Below, piece by piece: positions 1 to 15,000 of a stretch of DNA of 64,000 nt. Source of the DNA: Mobula hypostoma. Taxonomy: Eukaryota. Below the pieces are notes generated by a model. The model made no database searches. It was not told the origin of the DNA and saw nothing but the letters and a program-made list of their open reading frames with translations. The DNA is taken from NCBI RefSeq assembly GCF_963921235.1, contig NC_086097.1, positions 137,952,001 through 138,016,000 of the forward strand. The letters are read 5' to 3'. How positions within the stretch are numbered: position 1 is the first letter of the stretch; the number at the start of each line of letters is the position of its first letter. The position numbers were made by a program, and so were the translations under genes.

Positions 1-3000
1 TTCCATCCCACAGTGTGACACCCCCTCAGTACTGTCCATCCCACGGTGTGACACTCCCCAGTACTGTCCATCCCACAGTGCGACACTCATCTGTACTGTC
101 CATCCCACAGTGTGACCCTTCGTCAGTTCTGTCCATCTCAGAGTGTGACTCTCCCTCAGTACTGTCCATCCCACGGTGTGACACCCCCTCAGTACTGTCC
201 ATCCCACAGTGTGACACTGCCTCAGTACTGTCCATCTCACAGTGTGACACTCCCTCAGTACTGTCCATCCCACAGTGTGACACTCCCTCAGTACTGTCCA
301 TCCCACAGTGTGACACTCCCTCAGTACTGTCCATCCCACAGTGTGACACTCCCTCAGTACTGTCCATCCCACAGTGTGACACTCCCTCAGTACTATCCAA
401 CCTGCAGAGTGACATTCCCTCCGTACTGTCCACACACACTGTGACACTCCCTCAGTACTGCCTTTCCCAGGGTGTGAAATTCCCTAAGTACTGTCCATCC
501 CACACTGTGACACTCCCTCAGTACTGTCCATCCCACAGTGCGACACTCATCTGTACTGTCCATCCCACAGTGTGACCCTTCGTCAGTTCTGTCCATCTCA
601 GAGTGTGACTCTCCCTCAGTACTGTCCATCCCACGGTGTGACACCCCCTCAGTACTGTCCATCCCACAGTGTGACACTGCCTCAGTACTGTCCATCCTCA
701 CAGTGTGACACTCCCTCAGTACTGTCCATCCCACAGTGTGACACTCCCTCAGTACTGTCCATCCCACAGTGTGACACTCCCTCAGTACTGTCCATCTCAC
801 AGTGTGACACTCCCTCAGTACTGTCCATCCCACAGTGTGACACTCCCTCAGTACTATCCAACCTGCAGAGTGACATTCCCTCCGTACTGTCCACACACAC
901 TGTGACACTCCCTCAGTACTGCCTTTCCCAGGGTGTGAAATTCCCTAAGTACTGTCCATCCCACAGTGTGGCAGTCCCTCAGTACTGTCCATCCCACAGT
1001 GTGACACTCCCTCAGTACTGTCCATCTCACAGTGCGACACTCCCTCAGTACTGTCCTTCCCACAGTGTGACAGTCCCTCGGTGCTGTCCATCCCACAGTG
1101 TGACATTCCCTCCATACTGTCCACACACAGTGCGACACGTGGTCAGTACTGCCCGTCCCACACTGTGACCCTGCCTCAGTACTACCCTTCCCAGGGTGTG
1201 AAATTCCCTCAGTCCTGTCCATCCCACAGAGTGACACTCCCTCAGTACCGTCCATCCCACAGTGTGACATTCCCTCAGTACCGTCCATCCCACAATGTGA
1301 CACTCCCTCAATACTGTCCATCCCACAGAGTGACACTGCCTGAGTACTGTCCATCCCACGGTTTGACAACCCCTCAGTACTGTCCATCCCGCGGTGTGAC
1401 ACTCCCCAGTACTGCCCGTCCCACACTGTGACACTCCGTCAGTACTGCCCTTCCCAGGGTGTGCAATTCGCTCAGTACTGTCCATCCCACAGAGTGACAG
1501 TCCCTCAGTACCGTCCATCCGACAGTGTGACACTCCCTCAGTACTGTCCATCCCACAGTGTGACAGTCCCTCAGTACTGTCCACACCACAGTGTGACACT
1601 CCGTCAGTACTGTCCATTCTACAGTCTGACACTCTCTCAGTACTGTCCATTCCACAGTGTGACACTCCCCCAGTACCGTGCATCCCCCAATGTGACACTC
1701 CCTCAGTCTTGTCCATCTCACAGTGTGACTCCCCCTCAGTACTGTCCATCCCACGGTGTGACACCCCCTCAGTACTGTCCATCCTATGGTGTGACACTCC
1801 CTCCATACTGTCCACACACAGTGTGACACACCCTCCATACTGTCCACACACAGTGTGACACTCCCTCAGTACTGTCCATCCCACAGTGTGACACTCCTTG
1901 AGTACCTTCCATCCCATAGTTTGACACTCCCTCAGTACTGTCCTTCCCACAGTGTGACACTCCCTCAGTACTGTCCATCTCATGGAGTTACGCTCCCTCA
2001 GTACCGTCCATCCCACAGTGTGACGCTCCCTCAGTACTGTCCATCCCACAGAGTGACGCTCCCTGACTACCGTCCATCCCACAGTGTGACACTCCCTCAG
2101 TACCGTCCATCCCAGAATGTGACACTTCCTCAGTCTTGTCCATCTCACAGTGCGACACTCCGTCTGTACTGTCCATCCCACAGTGTGACACTCCTTGAGT
2201 ACCTTCCATCCCATAATTTGATACTCCCTCAGTACTGTCCATCCCACAGTGTGGCACTTCCTCAGTACTGTCTGTCCCACAATGTGACACTCCCTCAGTA
2301 CTGTCCATCTCACAGTGTGACACCCCCTCAGTGCTGTCCATCCCACGGTGTGATACCCCCTCAGTACTGTCCATCCCACAGTGTGACACTCCCTCAGTAC
2401 CGTACATTCTACAGTCTGACACTCTCTCAGTACCGTACATTCCACAGTGTGACTCTCCCTCAGCACCGTCCATCCCCCAATGTGACACTCCCTCAGTCTT
2501 GTCCATCTCACAGTGTGACACTGTCTCCGTACTGTCCACACACAGTGTGACACTCCCTCAGTACTGTCTGTCCCACACTGTGACACTCCCTCAGTACTGC
2601 CCTTCCCGCGGTGTAAAATCCCCTCAGTTCTGTCCATCCCACAGAGTGACACTCCCTCAGTACTGTCCATCCCACAGTGTGACACTCCCTCAGTACCGTC
2701 CATCCCACAATGTGACACTCCCTCAATACTGTCCATCCCACAGAGTGACACTCCCTGAGTACTTTCCATCCCACGGTGTGACACCCCCTCAGTATTGTCC
2801 ATCCCACGGTGTGACACTCCGCAGTACTGTCCATCCCACAGTGCGACACTCCCTCTGTACTGTCCATCCCACAGTGTGACCCTTCGTCAGTACTGTCTAT
2901 CTCACAGTGTGACTCCTCCTCAGTACTCTCCATCCCACGGTGTGACACCCCCTCAGTACTGTCCATCCCACATTGTGACATTTCCTCCGTACTGTCCACA

Positions 3001-6000
3001 CACAGTGCGACACTTGGTCAGTACTGCCCGTCCCACACTGTGACACTCCCTCAGTACTACCCTTCCCAAGGTGTGAAATTCCCTCAGTGCTGTCCATCCC
3101 ACAGAGTGACACTCGCTCAGTACTGTCCATCCCACAGTGTGACAGTCCCTCAGTACTGTCCATCCCACAGTATAACACTCCCGCAGTACTGTCCATCCCA
3201 CAGTGTGACAGTTCCTCAGTACTTTCCACACCACAGTGTGACACTCCCTCAGTACCGTCCATCCCCCAATGTGACACTCCCTCAGTCTTGTCCATCTCAC
3301 AGTGCGACACTCCGTCTGTACTGTCCATCCCACAGTGTGACCCTCCGTCAGTACTGTCCATCTCACAGTGTGACTCCCCCTCAGTACTGTCCATCCCACG
3401 GTGTGACACACCCTCAGTACTGTCCATCCTACAGTGTGACATTCCCTCTGTACTGTCCACACACAGTGCGACACTTAGTCAGTACTGCCCGTCCCACACT
3501 GTGAAACTCCCTCAGTACTGCCCTTCCCAGGATGTGAAATTCCCTCAGTACTCTCCATCCCACAGAGTGACACTCCCTCAGTACTGTCCATCCTGCAGTG
3601 TGACATTCCCTCCGTACTGTCCACACACAGTGCGACACTTGGTCAGTACTGCCCGTCCCACACTGTGACACTCCCTCAGTACTGCCCTTCCCAGGGTGTG
3701 AAATTCCCTCAGTGCTGTCCATCCCACAGCGTGACACTCCCTCAGTACTGTCCATCCCACAGTGTGACACTCCCTCAGTACTGTCCATCTCACAGTGTGA
3801 CACTCCCTCAGTACTGTCCATCCTACAGTGTGACACTCCCTCAGTACTGTCCACCCCACAGTGTGACACTCCCTCAGTACTGTCCATCTCACAGTGTGAC
3901 AGTCCCTCAGTACTGTCCATCCCACAGTGTGACACTCCCTCAGTACCGTACATTCTACAGTCTGACGCTCTCTCAGTACCGTCCATTCCACAGTGTGACT
4001 CTCCCTCAGCACCGTCCATCCCCCAATGTGACACTCCCTCAGTCTTGTCCATCTCACAGTGTGACACTCCCTCCGTACTGTCCACACACAGTGTGACACT
4101 CGCTCAGTACTGTCTGTCCCACACTGTGACACTCCCTCAGTACTGCCCTCCCGCGGTGTAAAATCCCCTCAGTTCTGTCCATCCCACAGAGTGACACTCC
4201 CTCAGTACTGTCTTTCCCACAGTGTGACACTCCCTCTGTACCGTCCATCCCACAATGTGACACTCGCTCAATACTGTCCATCCCACAGAGTGACACTCCC
4301 TGAGTACTTTCCATCCGACGGTGTGACACCCCCTCAGTACTGTCCATCCCACGGTGTGACACTCCCCAGTACTGTCCATCCCACAGTGCGACACTCCCCA
4401 GTACTGTCCATCCCACAGTGCGACACTCCCTCTGTACTGTCCATCCCACAGTGTGACCCTCCGTCAGTACTGTCTATCTCACAGTGTGACTCCCCCTCAG
4501 TACTCTCCATCCCACGGTGTGACACCCCCTCAGTACTGTCCATCCCACATTGTGACATTCCCTCCGTACTGTCAACACACAGTGCGACACTTGGTCAGTA
4601 CTGCCCGTCCCACACTGTGACACTCCCTCAGTACTACCCTTCCCAGGGTGTGAAATTCCCTCAGTGCTGTCCATCCCACAGAGTGACACTCCCTCAGTAC
4701 TGTCCATCCCACAGTGTGACAGTCCCTCAGTACTGTCTTTCCCACAATATGACACTCCCTCAGTACTGTCCATACCACAGTGTGACACTCCCTCAGTACC
4801 GTCCATCCCGCAATGTGACACTCCCTCAGTCTTGTCCATCTCACAGTGCGACACTCCGTCTGTACTGTCCATCCCACAGTGTGACCCTCCGTCAGTACTG
4901 TCTATCTTACAGTGTGACTCCCCCTCAGTACTGTCTGTCCCACACTGTGACACTCCCTCAGTACTGCCCTTCCCACGGTGTGAAATTCCCTCAGTGTTGT
5001 CCATCCCACAGAGTGACACTCCCTCAGTACCGTCTATCCCACAGCGTGACACTCCCTCAGTACCGTCCAACCCACAATGTGACACTCCCTCAATACTGTC
5101 CATCCCACAGAGTGACACTCCCTGAGTACTGTCCATCCCATGGTGTGACACTCCCAAGTACTGTCCATCCCACAGTGTGACACTCCCTCAGTACCGTCCA
5201 TCCCACAGTGTGACACTCCGTCAGGACGGTCCATCCCACAATGTGACACTCCCTCAATACTGTCTATCCCACGGTGTGACACTACCCAGTACTGCCCGTC
5301 CCACACTGTAACACTCCCTCAGTACTGCCCTTCCCAGGGTGTGAAATTCCCTCAGTACCGTCCATCCCACAGTGTGACACTCCCTCAGTACTGTCCATCC
5401 CACAGTGTGATAGTCCCTCAGTACTGTCCATCCCACAGTGTGACACTCAGTCAGTACTGTCCATCCCACAGTGTGACAGTCCCTCAGTACTGTCCAAACC
5501 ACACTGTGACACTCCCTCAGTACTGTCCATTCTACAGTGTGACACTCTCTCAGTACCGTCCATCCCCCAATGTGACACTCCCTCAGTCTTGTCCATCTCA
5601 CAGTACGACACTCCCTCTGTACTGTCCATCCCACAGTGTGACCCTCCGTCAGTACTGTCCATCTCACAGTGTGACTCCCCCTCAGTACTGCCCGCCCCAC
5701 ACTGTGACACTCCCTCAGTACTGCCCTTCCCAGGATGTGAAATTCCCTCAGTACTGTCCATCCCACAGAGTGACACTCCCTCAGTACTGTCCATCCCACA
5801 GTGTGACACTCCCTCAGTACTGTCCATCTCACAGTGTGACACTCCCTCAGTACTGTCCATCCCACAGTGTGACACTCCCTCAGTACTGTCCATCCCACAG
5901 TGTGACAGTCCCTCAGTACGGTCCATCCCCCAATGTGACACTCACTCAGTCTTGTCCATCTCACAGTGCGACACTCCCTCTGTACTGTCCATCCCACAGT

Positions 6001-9000
6001 GTGACCCTCCGTCAGTACTGTCCATCTCACAGTGTGACACTCCCTCAGTACTGTCCATCCCACAGTGTGACAGTCCCTCTGTACTGTCCACACCACAGTG
6101 TGACCCTCCGTCAGTACTGTCCATCTCACAGTTTGACTCCCCCTCAGTACTGTTCATCCCATGGTGTGACACCCCCTCAGTACTGTCCATCCCACAGTGT
6201 GACATTCGCTCCGTACCGTCCACACATAGTGCGACACTTGGTCAGTACTGCCCGTCCCACACTGTGACACTCCCTCAGTACTGCCCTTCCCAGGGTGTGA
6301 AATTCCCTCAGTACTGTCCATCCCACAGAGTGACAGTCCCTCAGTACTGTCCATCCCACAGTGTGACACTCCCTCAGTACTGTCCATCTCACAGTGTGAC
6401 ACTCCCTCAGTACTGTCCATCCCACAGTGTGACAGTCCCTCAGTACTGTTCAACCCACAGTGTGACACTCCCTCAGTACTGTCCATCACACAGTGTGACA
6501 CTCCCTCAGTACTGTCCATCCCACAGTGTGACAGTCCCTCAGTACTGTCCACACCACAGTGTGACACTCCCTCAGTACCGTCCATCCCACAGTGTGACCC
6601 TCCGTCAGTACTGTCCATCTCACACTTTGACTCCCCCTCAGTACTGTCCATCCCATGGTGTGACACCCCCTCAGTACTGTCCATCTCACAGTGTGACATT
6701 CCCTCCGTACCGTCCACACACAGTGCGTCACTTGGTCAGTACTGCCCGTCCCACACTGGAACACTCCCTCAGTACTGCCCTTCCCAGGGTGTGAAATTCC
6801 CTCAGTACTGTCCATCCCACAGTGTGACACTCCCTCAGTACTGTCCATCTGACAGTGACACTCCCTCAGTACTGTCCATCCCACAGTGTGACAGTCCCTC
6901 AGGACTGTCCATCCCACAGTGTGACACTCCCTCAGTACTGTCCATCCCATAGTGTGACAGTCCCTCAGTACTGTCCACACCACAGTGTGACACTCCCTCA
7001 GTACTGTCCATCCTACAGTCTGACACTCCATCAGTACTGTCCATTCTACAGTGTGACACGCCCTCAGTACCGTCCATCACCCAATGTGACACTCCCTCAG
7101 TCTTGTCCATCTCACAGTGTGACAATCCCTCAGTACTGTCCATTCCACAGTGTGACACTCACTCAGTTCCGTCCATCCCCCAATGTGACACTCCCTCAGT
7201 CTTGTCTCTCCCACGGTGTGACACTCCCCAGTACTGCCCGTCCCACACTGTGACACTCCCTCAGTACTGCCCTTACCAGGGTGTGAAATTCCCTCAGTAT
7301 TGTCCATCCCACAGTGTGACACTCCCTCAGTACTGTCCATCTCACAGTGACACTCCCTCAGTACTGTCCATCCCACAGTGTGACAGTCCCTCAGCACTGC
7401 CCATCCCACAGTGTGACACTCCCTCAGTACTGTCCATCCCATAGTGTGACAGTCCCTCAGTACTGTCCACACCACAGTGTGACACTCCCTCAGTACTGTC
7501 CATTCTACATTCTGACACACGCTCAGTACTGTCCATTCCACAGTGTGACACTCCCTCAGTACCGTCCATCCCCCAATGTGACACTCCCTCAGTCTTGTCC
7601 ATCTCACAGTGTGACAATCCGTCAGTACTGTCCATTCCACAGTGTGACACACCCTCAGTACTGCCCTTCCCGCGGTGTGAAATTCCCTCAGTACTGTCCA
7701 TCCCACAGAGTGACAGTCCCTCAGTACTGTCCATCCCACAGTGTGACACTCCCTCAGTACTGTCCATCTCACAGTGTGACAGTCCTTCAGTACTGTCCAC
7801 CCCACAGTGTGACACTCCCTCAGTACTGTGCATTCTACAGTCTGACACTCTCTCAGTACTGTCCATTCCACAGTGTGACACTCCCTCAGTTCCGTCTATC
7901 CCCCAATGTGACACTCCCTCAGTCTTGTCCATCTCACAGTGCGACACTCTCTCTGTACTGTCCATCCCACAGTGTGACACTCCGTCAGTACTGTCCATCT
8001 CACAGTGTGACTCCCCCTCAGTACTGTCCATCCCACAGTGTGACACTCCCTCAGTACTGCCCTTCCCAGGGTGTGAAATTCCCTCAGTACTGTCCATCCC
8101 ACAGAGTGACACTCCCTCAGTACAGTCCATCCCACAGTGTGACACTCCCTCAGTGCTGTCCATCTCACAGTGTGACACTCCCTCAGTACTGTCCATCCCA
8201 CAGTGTGACACTCCCTCAGTACTGTCCATCACACAGTGTGACAGTCCCTCAGTGCTGTCCACACCAGAGTGAGACACTCCCTCAGTACTGTCCATTCTAC
8301 AGTCTGACACTCCCCCTGTACTGTCCATCCCACAGTGTGACCCTACGTCAGTACTGTCCATCTCACAGTGTGACTCCCCCTCAGTACCGTCCATCCCATG
8401 GTGTGACACCCCCTCAGTACTATCCATCCCACAGTGTGACATTCCCTCCGTACTGTCCACACACAGTGCGACACTTGCACAGTACTGCCCTTCCCACAGT
8501 GTGACACTCCCTGAGTACTGTCCATCCCACAGTGTGACACTCCCTCAGTACTGTCCATCCCACAGTGTGACACTCCCTCAGTACTGTCCATCTCACGGAG
8601 TGACGCTCACTCAGTACCGTCCATCCCACAGTGTGATACTCCCTCAGTACTGCCCGTCCCATACTGTGACACTCCCTCAGTACTGTCCATCCCACAGTGT
8701 GACACTCCTTGAGTACCGTCCATCCCATAGTTTGACACTCCCTCAGTACTGTCCATCCCACAGTGTGACACTCCCTCAGTACCGTCCATCCCAGAATGTG
8801 ACACTCCCTCAGTACTGTCCATCCCACAGAGTGACGCTCCCTCAGTACCGTCCATCCCACAGTGTGACACTCACTCAGTACCGTCCATCCCAGAATGTGA
8901 CAGTTCCTCAGTCTTGTCCATCTCACAGTGTGACACTCCCTCAGTACTGTCCATCCCACAGAGTGACGCTCCCTCAGTACCGTCCATCCCACAGTCTGAC

Positions 9001-12000
9001 ACTCCCTCAGTACCGTCCATCCCAGAATGTGACACTTCCTCAGTCTTGTCCATCTCACAGTGCGACACTCCCTCAGTACTGTCCATCCCACAGTGTGACC
9101 CTTCGTCAGTACTGTCCATCTCACAGTGTGACTCCCCCTCAGTACTGTCCATCCCATGGTGTGACACCCCCTCAGTACTGTCCATCCCACAGTGTGACAT
9201 TCCCTCCGTACCGTCCACACACAGTGCGTCACTTGGTCAGTACTGCCCGTCCCACACTGGGACACTCCCTCAGTACTGCCCTTCCCAGGGTGTGAAATTC
9301 CCTCAGTACTGTCCATCCCACAGTGTGACACTCCCTCAGTACTGTCCATCTCACAGTGACACTCCCTCAGTACTGTCCATCCCACAGTGTGACAGTCCCT
9401 CAGGACTGTCCATCCCACAGTGTGACACTCCCTCAGTACTGTCCATCCCATAGTGTGACAGTCCCTCAGTACTGTCCACACCACAGTGTGACACTCCCTC
9501 AGTACTGTCCATCCTACAGTCTGACACTCCATCAGTACTGTCCATTCTACAGTGTGACACGCCCTCAGTACCGTCCATCCCCCAATGTGACACTCCCTCA
9601 GTCTTGTCCATCTCACAGTGTGACAATCCCTCAGTACTGTCCATTCCACAGTGTGACACTCCCTCAGTACCGTCCATCCCCCAATGTGACACTCCCTCAG
9701 TCTTGTCTATCCCACGGTGTGACACTCCCCAGTACTGCCCGTCCCACACTGTGACACTCCCTCAGTACTGCCCTTCCCAGGGTGTGAAATTCCCTCAGTA
9801 TTTTCCATCCCACAGTGTGACACTCCCTCAGTACTGTCCATCTCACAGTGACACTCCCTCAGTACTGTCCATCCCACAGTGTGACAGTCCCTCAGGACTG
9901 TCCATCCCACAGTGTGACACTCCCTCAGTACTGTCCATCCCATAGTGTGACACTCCCTCAGTACTGTGCATTCTACAGTCTGACACTCTCTCAGTACTGT
10001 CCATTCCACAGTGTGACACTCCCTCAGTACCGTCCATCCCCCAATGTGACACTCCCTCAGTCTTGTCCATCTCACAGTGCGACACTCCCTCTGTACTGTC
10101 CATCCCACAGTGTGACACTCTGTCAGTACTGTCCATCTCACAGTGTGACTCCCCCTCAGTACTGTCCATCCCACAGTGTGACACTCCCTCAGTACTGCCC
10201 TTCCCAGTGTGTGAAATTCCCTCAGTACTGTCCTTCCCACAGAGTGACACTCCCTCAGTACAGTCCATCACACAGTGTGACACTCACTCAGTGCTGTCCA
10301 TCTCACAGTGTGACACTCCCTCAGTACTGTCCATCCCACAGTGTGACAGTCCCTCAGTACTGTCCATCCCACAGTGTGACACTCCCTCAGTACTGTCCAT
10401 CCCACAGTGTGACAGTCCCTCAGTGCTGTCCACACCACAGTGTGACACTCCCTCAGTACTGTCCATTCTACAGTCTGACACTCCCTCTGTACTGTCCATC
10501 CCACAGTGTGACCCTCCGTCAGTACTGTCCATCTCACAGTGTGACTCCCCCTCAGTACCGTCCATCCCATGGTGTGACACCCCCTCAGTACTATCCATCC
10601 CACAGTGTGACATTCCCTCCGTACTGTCCACACACAGTGCGACACTTGCACAGTACTGCCCTTCCCACAGTGTGACACTCCCTGAGTACTGTCCATCCCA
10701 CAGTGTGACACTCCCTCAGTCCTGTCCATCCGACAGTGTGACACTCCCTCAGTACTGTCCATCTCACGGAGTGACGCTCACTCAGTACCGTCCATCCCAC
10801 AGTGTGATACTCCCTCAGTACCGTCCATCCCATAGTTTGACACTGCCTCAGTACTGTCCATCCCACAGTGTGACACTCCCTCAGTACCGTCCATCCCAGA
10901 ATGTGACACTCCCTCAGTACTGTCCATCCCACAGAGTGACGCTCCCTCAGTACCGTCCATCCCAGAATGTGACAGTTCCTCAGTCTTGTCCATCTCACAG
11001 TGCGACACTCCCTCAGTACTGTCCATCCCACAGTGTAACACTCTGTCAGTACTGTCCATCCCGCAGTGTGACACTCCCTCAGTACTGTCCATCCCACAGA
11101 GTGACACTCCCTCAGTACTGTCCATCCCAGAATGTGACACTTCCTCAGTCTTGTCCAGCTCACAGTGCGACACTCCCTCAGTACCGTCCATCCCACAGTG
11201 TGACACTCCCTCAGTACCGTCCATCCCAGAATGTGACACTTCCTCAGTCTTGTCCATCTCACAGTGCGACACTCCCTCAGTACTGTCCATCCCACAGTGT
11301 GACACTCCCTCAGTACAGTCCATTCCACAGTGTGACACTCCCTCAGTACTGTCCATCCCACAGTGTGACACTCCCTCAGTACTGTCCATCCCACAGTGTG
11401 ACACTCCCTCAGTACTGTCCATCTCACGGAGTGACGCTCACTCAGTACCGTCCATCCCACAGTGTGATACTCCCTCAGTACTGCCCGTCCCATACTGTGA
11501 CACTCCCTCAGTACTGTCCATCCCACAGTGTGACACTCCTTGAGTACCTTCCATCCCATAGTTTGACACTCCCTCAGTACTGTCCATCCCACAGTGTGAC
11601 ACTCCCTCAGTACCGTCCATCCCAGAATGTGACACTCCCTCAGTACTGTCCATCCCACAGAGTGACGCTCCCTCAGTTCCGTCCATCCCACAGTGTGACA
11701 CTCCCTCAGTACCGTCCATCCCAGAATGTGACACTTCCTCAGTTTTGTCCATCTCACAGTGCGACACTCCCTCAGTACTGTCCATACCACAGTGTAACAC
11801 TCTGTCAGTACTGTCCATCCCGCAGTGTGACACTCCCTCAGTACTGTCCATCCCACAGAGTGACGCTCCCTCAGTACCGTCCATCCCACAGTGTGACACT
11901 CCCTCAGTACCGTCCATCCCAGAATGTGACACTTCCTCAGTCTTGTCCATCTCACAGTGCGACACTCCCTCAGTACTGTCCATCTCACAGTGTAACACTC

Positions 12001-15000
12001 TGTCAGTACTGTCCATCCCACAGTGTGACACTCCCTCAGTACTGTCCATCTCACAGTGTGACACTCCCTCAGTACTGTCCATCCCACAGTGTGACACTCC
12101 CTCAGTACTGTCCATCCCACAGTGTGACAGTCCCTCAGTACCGTCCATCCCCCAATGTGACACTCACTCATTCTTGTCCATCTCACAGTGCGATACTCCC
12201 TCTGTACTGTCCATCCCACAGTGTGACCCTCCGTCAGTACTGTCCATCTCACAGTGTGACACTCCCTCAGTACTGTCCATCCCACAGTGTGACAGTCCCT
12301 CTGTACTGTCCACACCACAGTGTGACCCTCCGTCAGTACTGTCCATCTCACAGTTTGACTCCCCCTCAGTACTGTTTATCCCATGGTGTGACACCCCCTC
12401 AGTACTGTCCATCCCACAGTGTGACATTCGCTCCGTACCGTCCACACACAGTGCGACACTTGGTCAGTACTGCCCGTCCCACACTGTGACACTCCCTCAG
12501 TACTGCCCTTCCCAGGGTGTGAAATTCCCTCAGTACTGTCCATCCCACAGAGTGACAGTCCCTCAGTACTGTCCATCCCACAGTGTGACTCTCCCTCAGT
12601 ACTGTCCATCTCACAGTGTGACACTCCCTCAGTACTGTCCATCCCACAGTGTGACAGTCCCTCAGTACTGTTCAACCCACAGTGTGACACTCCCTCAGTA
12701 CTGTCCATCACACAGTGTGACACTCCCTCAGTACTGTCCATCCCACAGTGTGACAGTCCCTCAGTACTGTCCACACCACAGTGTGACACTCCCTCAGTAC
12801 CGTCCATCCCACAGTGTGACCCTCCGTCAGTACTGTCCATCTCACACTTTGACTCCCCCTCAGTACTGTCCATCCCATGGTGTGACACCCCCTCAGTACT
12901 GTCCATCCCACAGTGTGACATTCCCACCGTACCGTCCACACACAGTGCGTCACTTGGTCAGTACTGCCCGTCCCACACTGGAACACTCCCTCAGTACTGC
13001 CCTTCCCAGGGTGTGAAATTCCCTCAGTACTGTCCATCCCACAGTGTGACACTCCCTCAGTACTGTCCATCTGACAGTGACACTCCCTCAGTACTGTCCA
13101 TCCCACAGTGTGACAGTCCCTCAGGACTGTCCATCCCACAGTGTGACACTCCCTCAGTACTGTCCATCCCATAGTGTGACAGTCCCTCAGTACTGTCCAC
13201 ACCACAGTGTGACACTCCCTCAGTACTGTCCATCCTACAGTCTGACACTCCATCAGTACTGTCCATTCTACAGTGTGACACGCCCTCAGTACCGTCCATC
13301 ACCCAATGTGACACTCCCTCAGTCTTGTCCATCTCACAGTGTGACAATCCCTCAGTACTGTCCATTCCACAGTGTGACACTCCCTCAGTTCCGTCCATCC
13401 CCCAATGTGACACTCCCTCAGTCTTGTCTATCCCACGGTGTGACACTCCCCAGTACTGCCCGTCCCACACTGTGACACTCCCTCAGTACTGCCCTTCCCA
13501 GGGTGTGAAATTCCCTCAGTATTGTCCATCCCACAGTGTGACACTCCCTCAGTACTGTCCATCTCACAGTGACACTCCCTCAGTACTGTCCATCCCACAG
13601 TGTGACAGTCCCTCAGCACTGTCCATCCCACAGTGTGACACTCCCTCAGTACTGTCCATCCCATAGTGTGACAGTCCCTCAGTACTGTCCACACCACAGT
13701 GTGACACTCCCTCAGTACTGTCCATTCTACATTCTGACACACGCTCAGTACTGTCCATTCCACAGTGTGACACTCCCTCAGTACCGTCCATCCCCGAATG
13801 TGACACTCCCTCAGTCTTGTCCATCTCACAGTGTGACAATCCCTCAGTACTGTCCATTCCACAGTGTGACACTCCCTTAGTACTGCCCTTCCCGCGGTGT
13901 GAAATTCCCTCAGTACTGTCCATCCCACAGAGTGACAGTCCCTCTGTACTGTCCATCCCACAGTGTGACACTCCCTCAGTACTGTCCATCTCACAGTGTG
14001 ACACTCCCTCAGTACTGTGCATTCTACAGTATGACACTCTCTCAGTACTGTCCATTCCACAGTGTGACACTCCCTCAGTACCGTCTATCCCCCAATGTGA
14101 CACTCCCTCAGTCTTGTCCATCTCACAGTGCGACACTCTCTCTGTACTGTCCATCGCACAGTGTGACACTCCGTCAGTACTGTCCATCTCACAGTGTGAC
14201 TCCCCCTCAGTACTGTCCATCCCACAGTGTGACACTCCCTCAGTACTGCCCTTCCCAGGGTGTGAAATTCCCTCAGTACTGTCCATCCCACAGAGTGACA
14301 CTCCCTCAGTACAGTCCATCCCACAGTGTGACACTCCCTCAGTGCTGTCCATCTCACAGTGTGACACTCCCTCAGTACTGTCCATCCCACAGTGTGACAC
14401 TCCCTCAGTACTGTCCATCACACAGTGTGACAGTCCCTCAGTGCTGTCCACACCAGAGTGAGACACTCCCTCAGTACTGTCCATTCTACAGTCTGACACT
14501 CCCCCTGTACTGTCCATCCCACAGTGTGACCCTACGTCAGTACTGTCCATCTCACAGTGTGACTCCCCCTCAGTACCGTCCATCCCATGGTGTGACACCC
14601 CCTCAGTACTATCCATCCCACAGTGTGACATTCCCTCCGTACTGTCCACACACAGTGCGACACTTGCACAGTACTGCCCTTCCCACAGTGTGACACTCCC
14701 TGAGTACTGTCCATCCCACAGTGTGACACTCCCTCAGTACTGTCCATCCCACAGTGTGACACTCCCTCAGTACTGTCCATCTCACGGAGTGACGCTCACT
14801 CAGTACCGTCCATCCCACAGTGTGATACTCCCTCAGTACTGCCCGTCCCATACTGTGACACTCCCTCAGTACTGTCCATCCCACAGTGTGACACTCCTTG
14901 AGTACCGTCCATCCCATAGTTTGACACTCCCTCAGTACTGTCCATCCCACAGTGTGACACTCCCTCAGTACCGTCCATCCCAGAATGTGACACTCCCTCA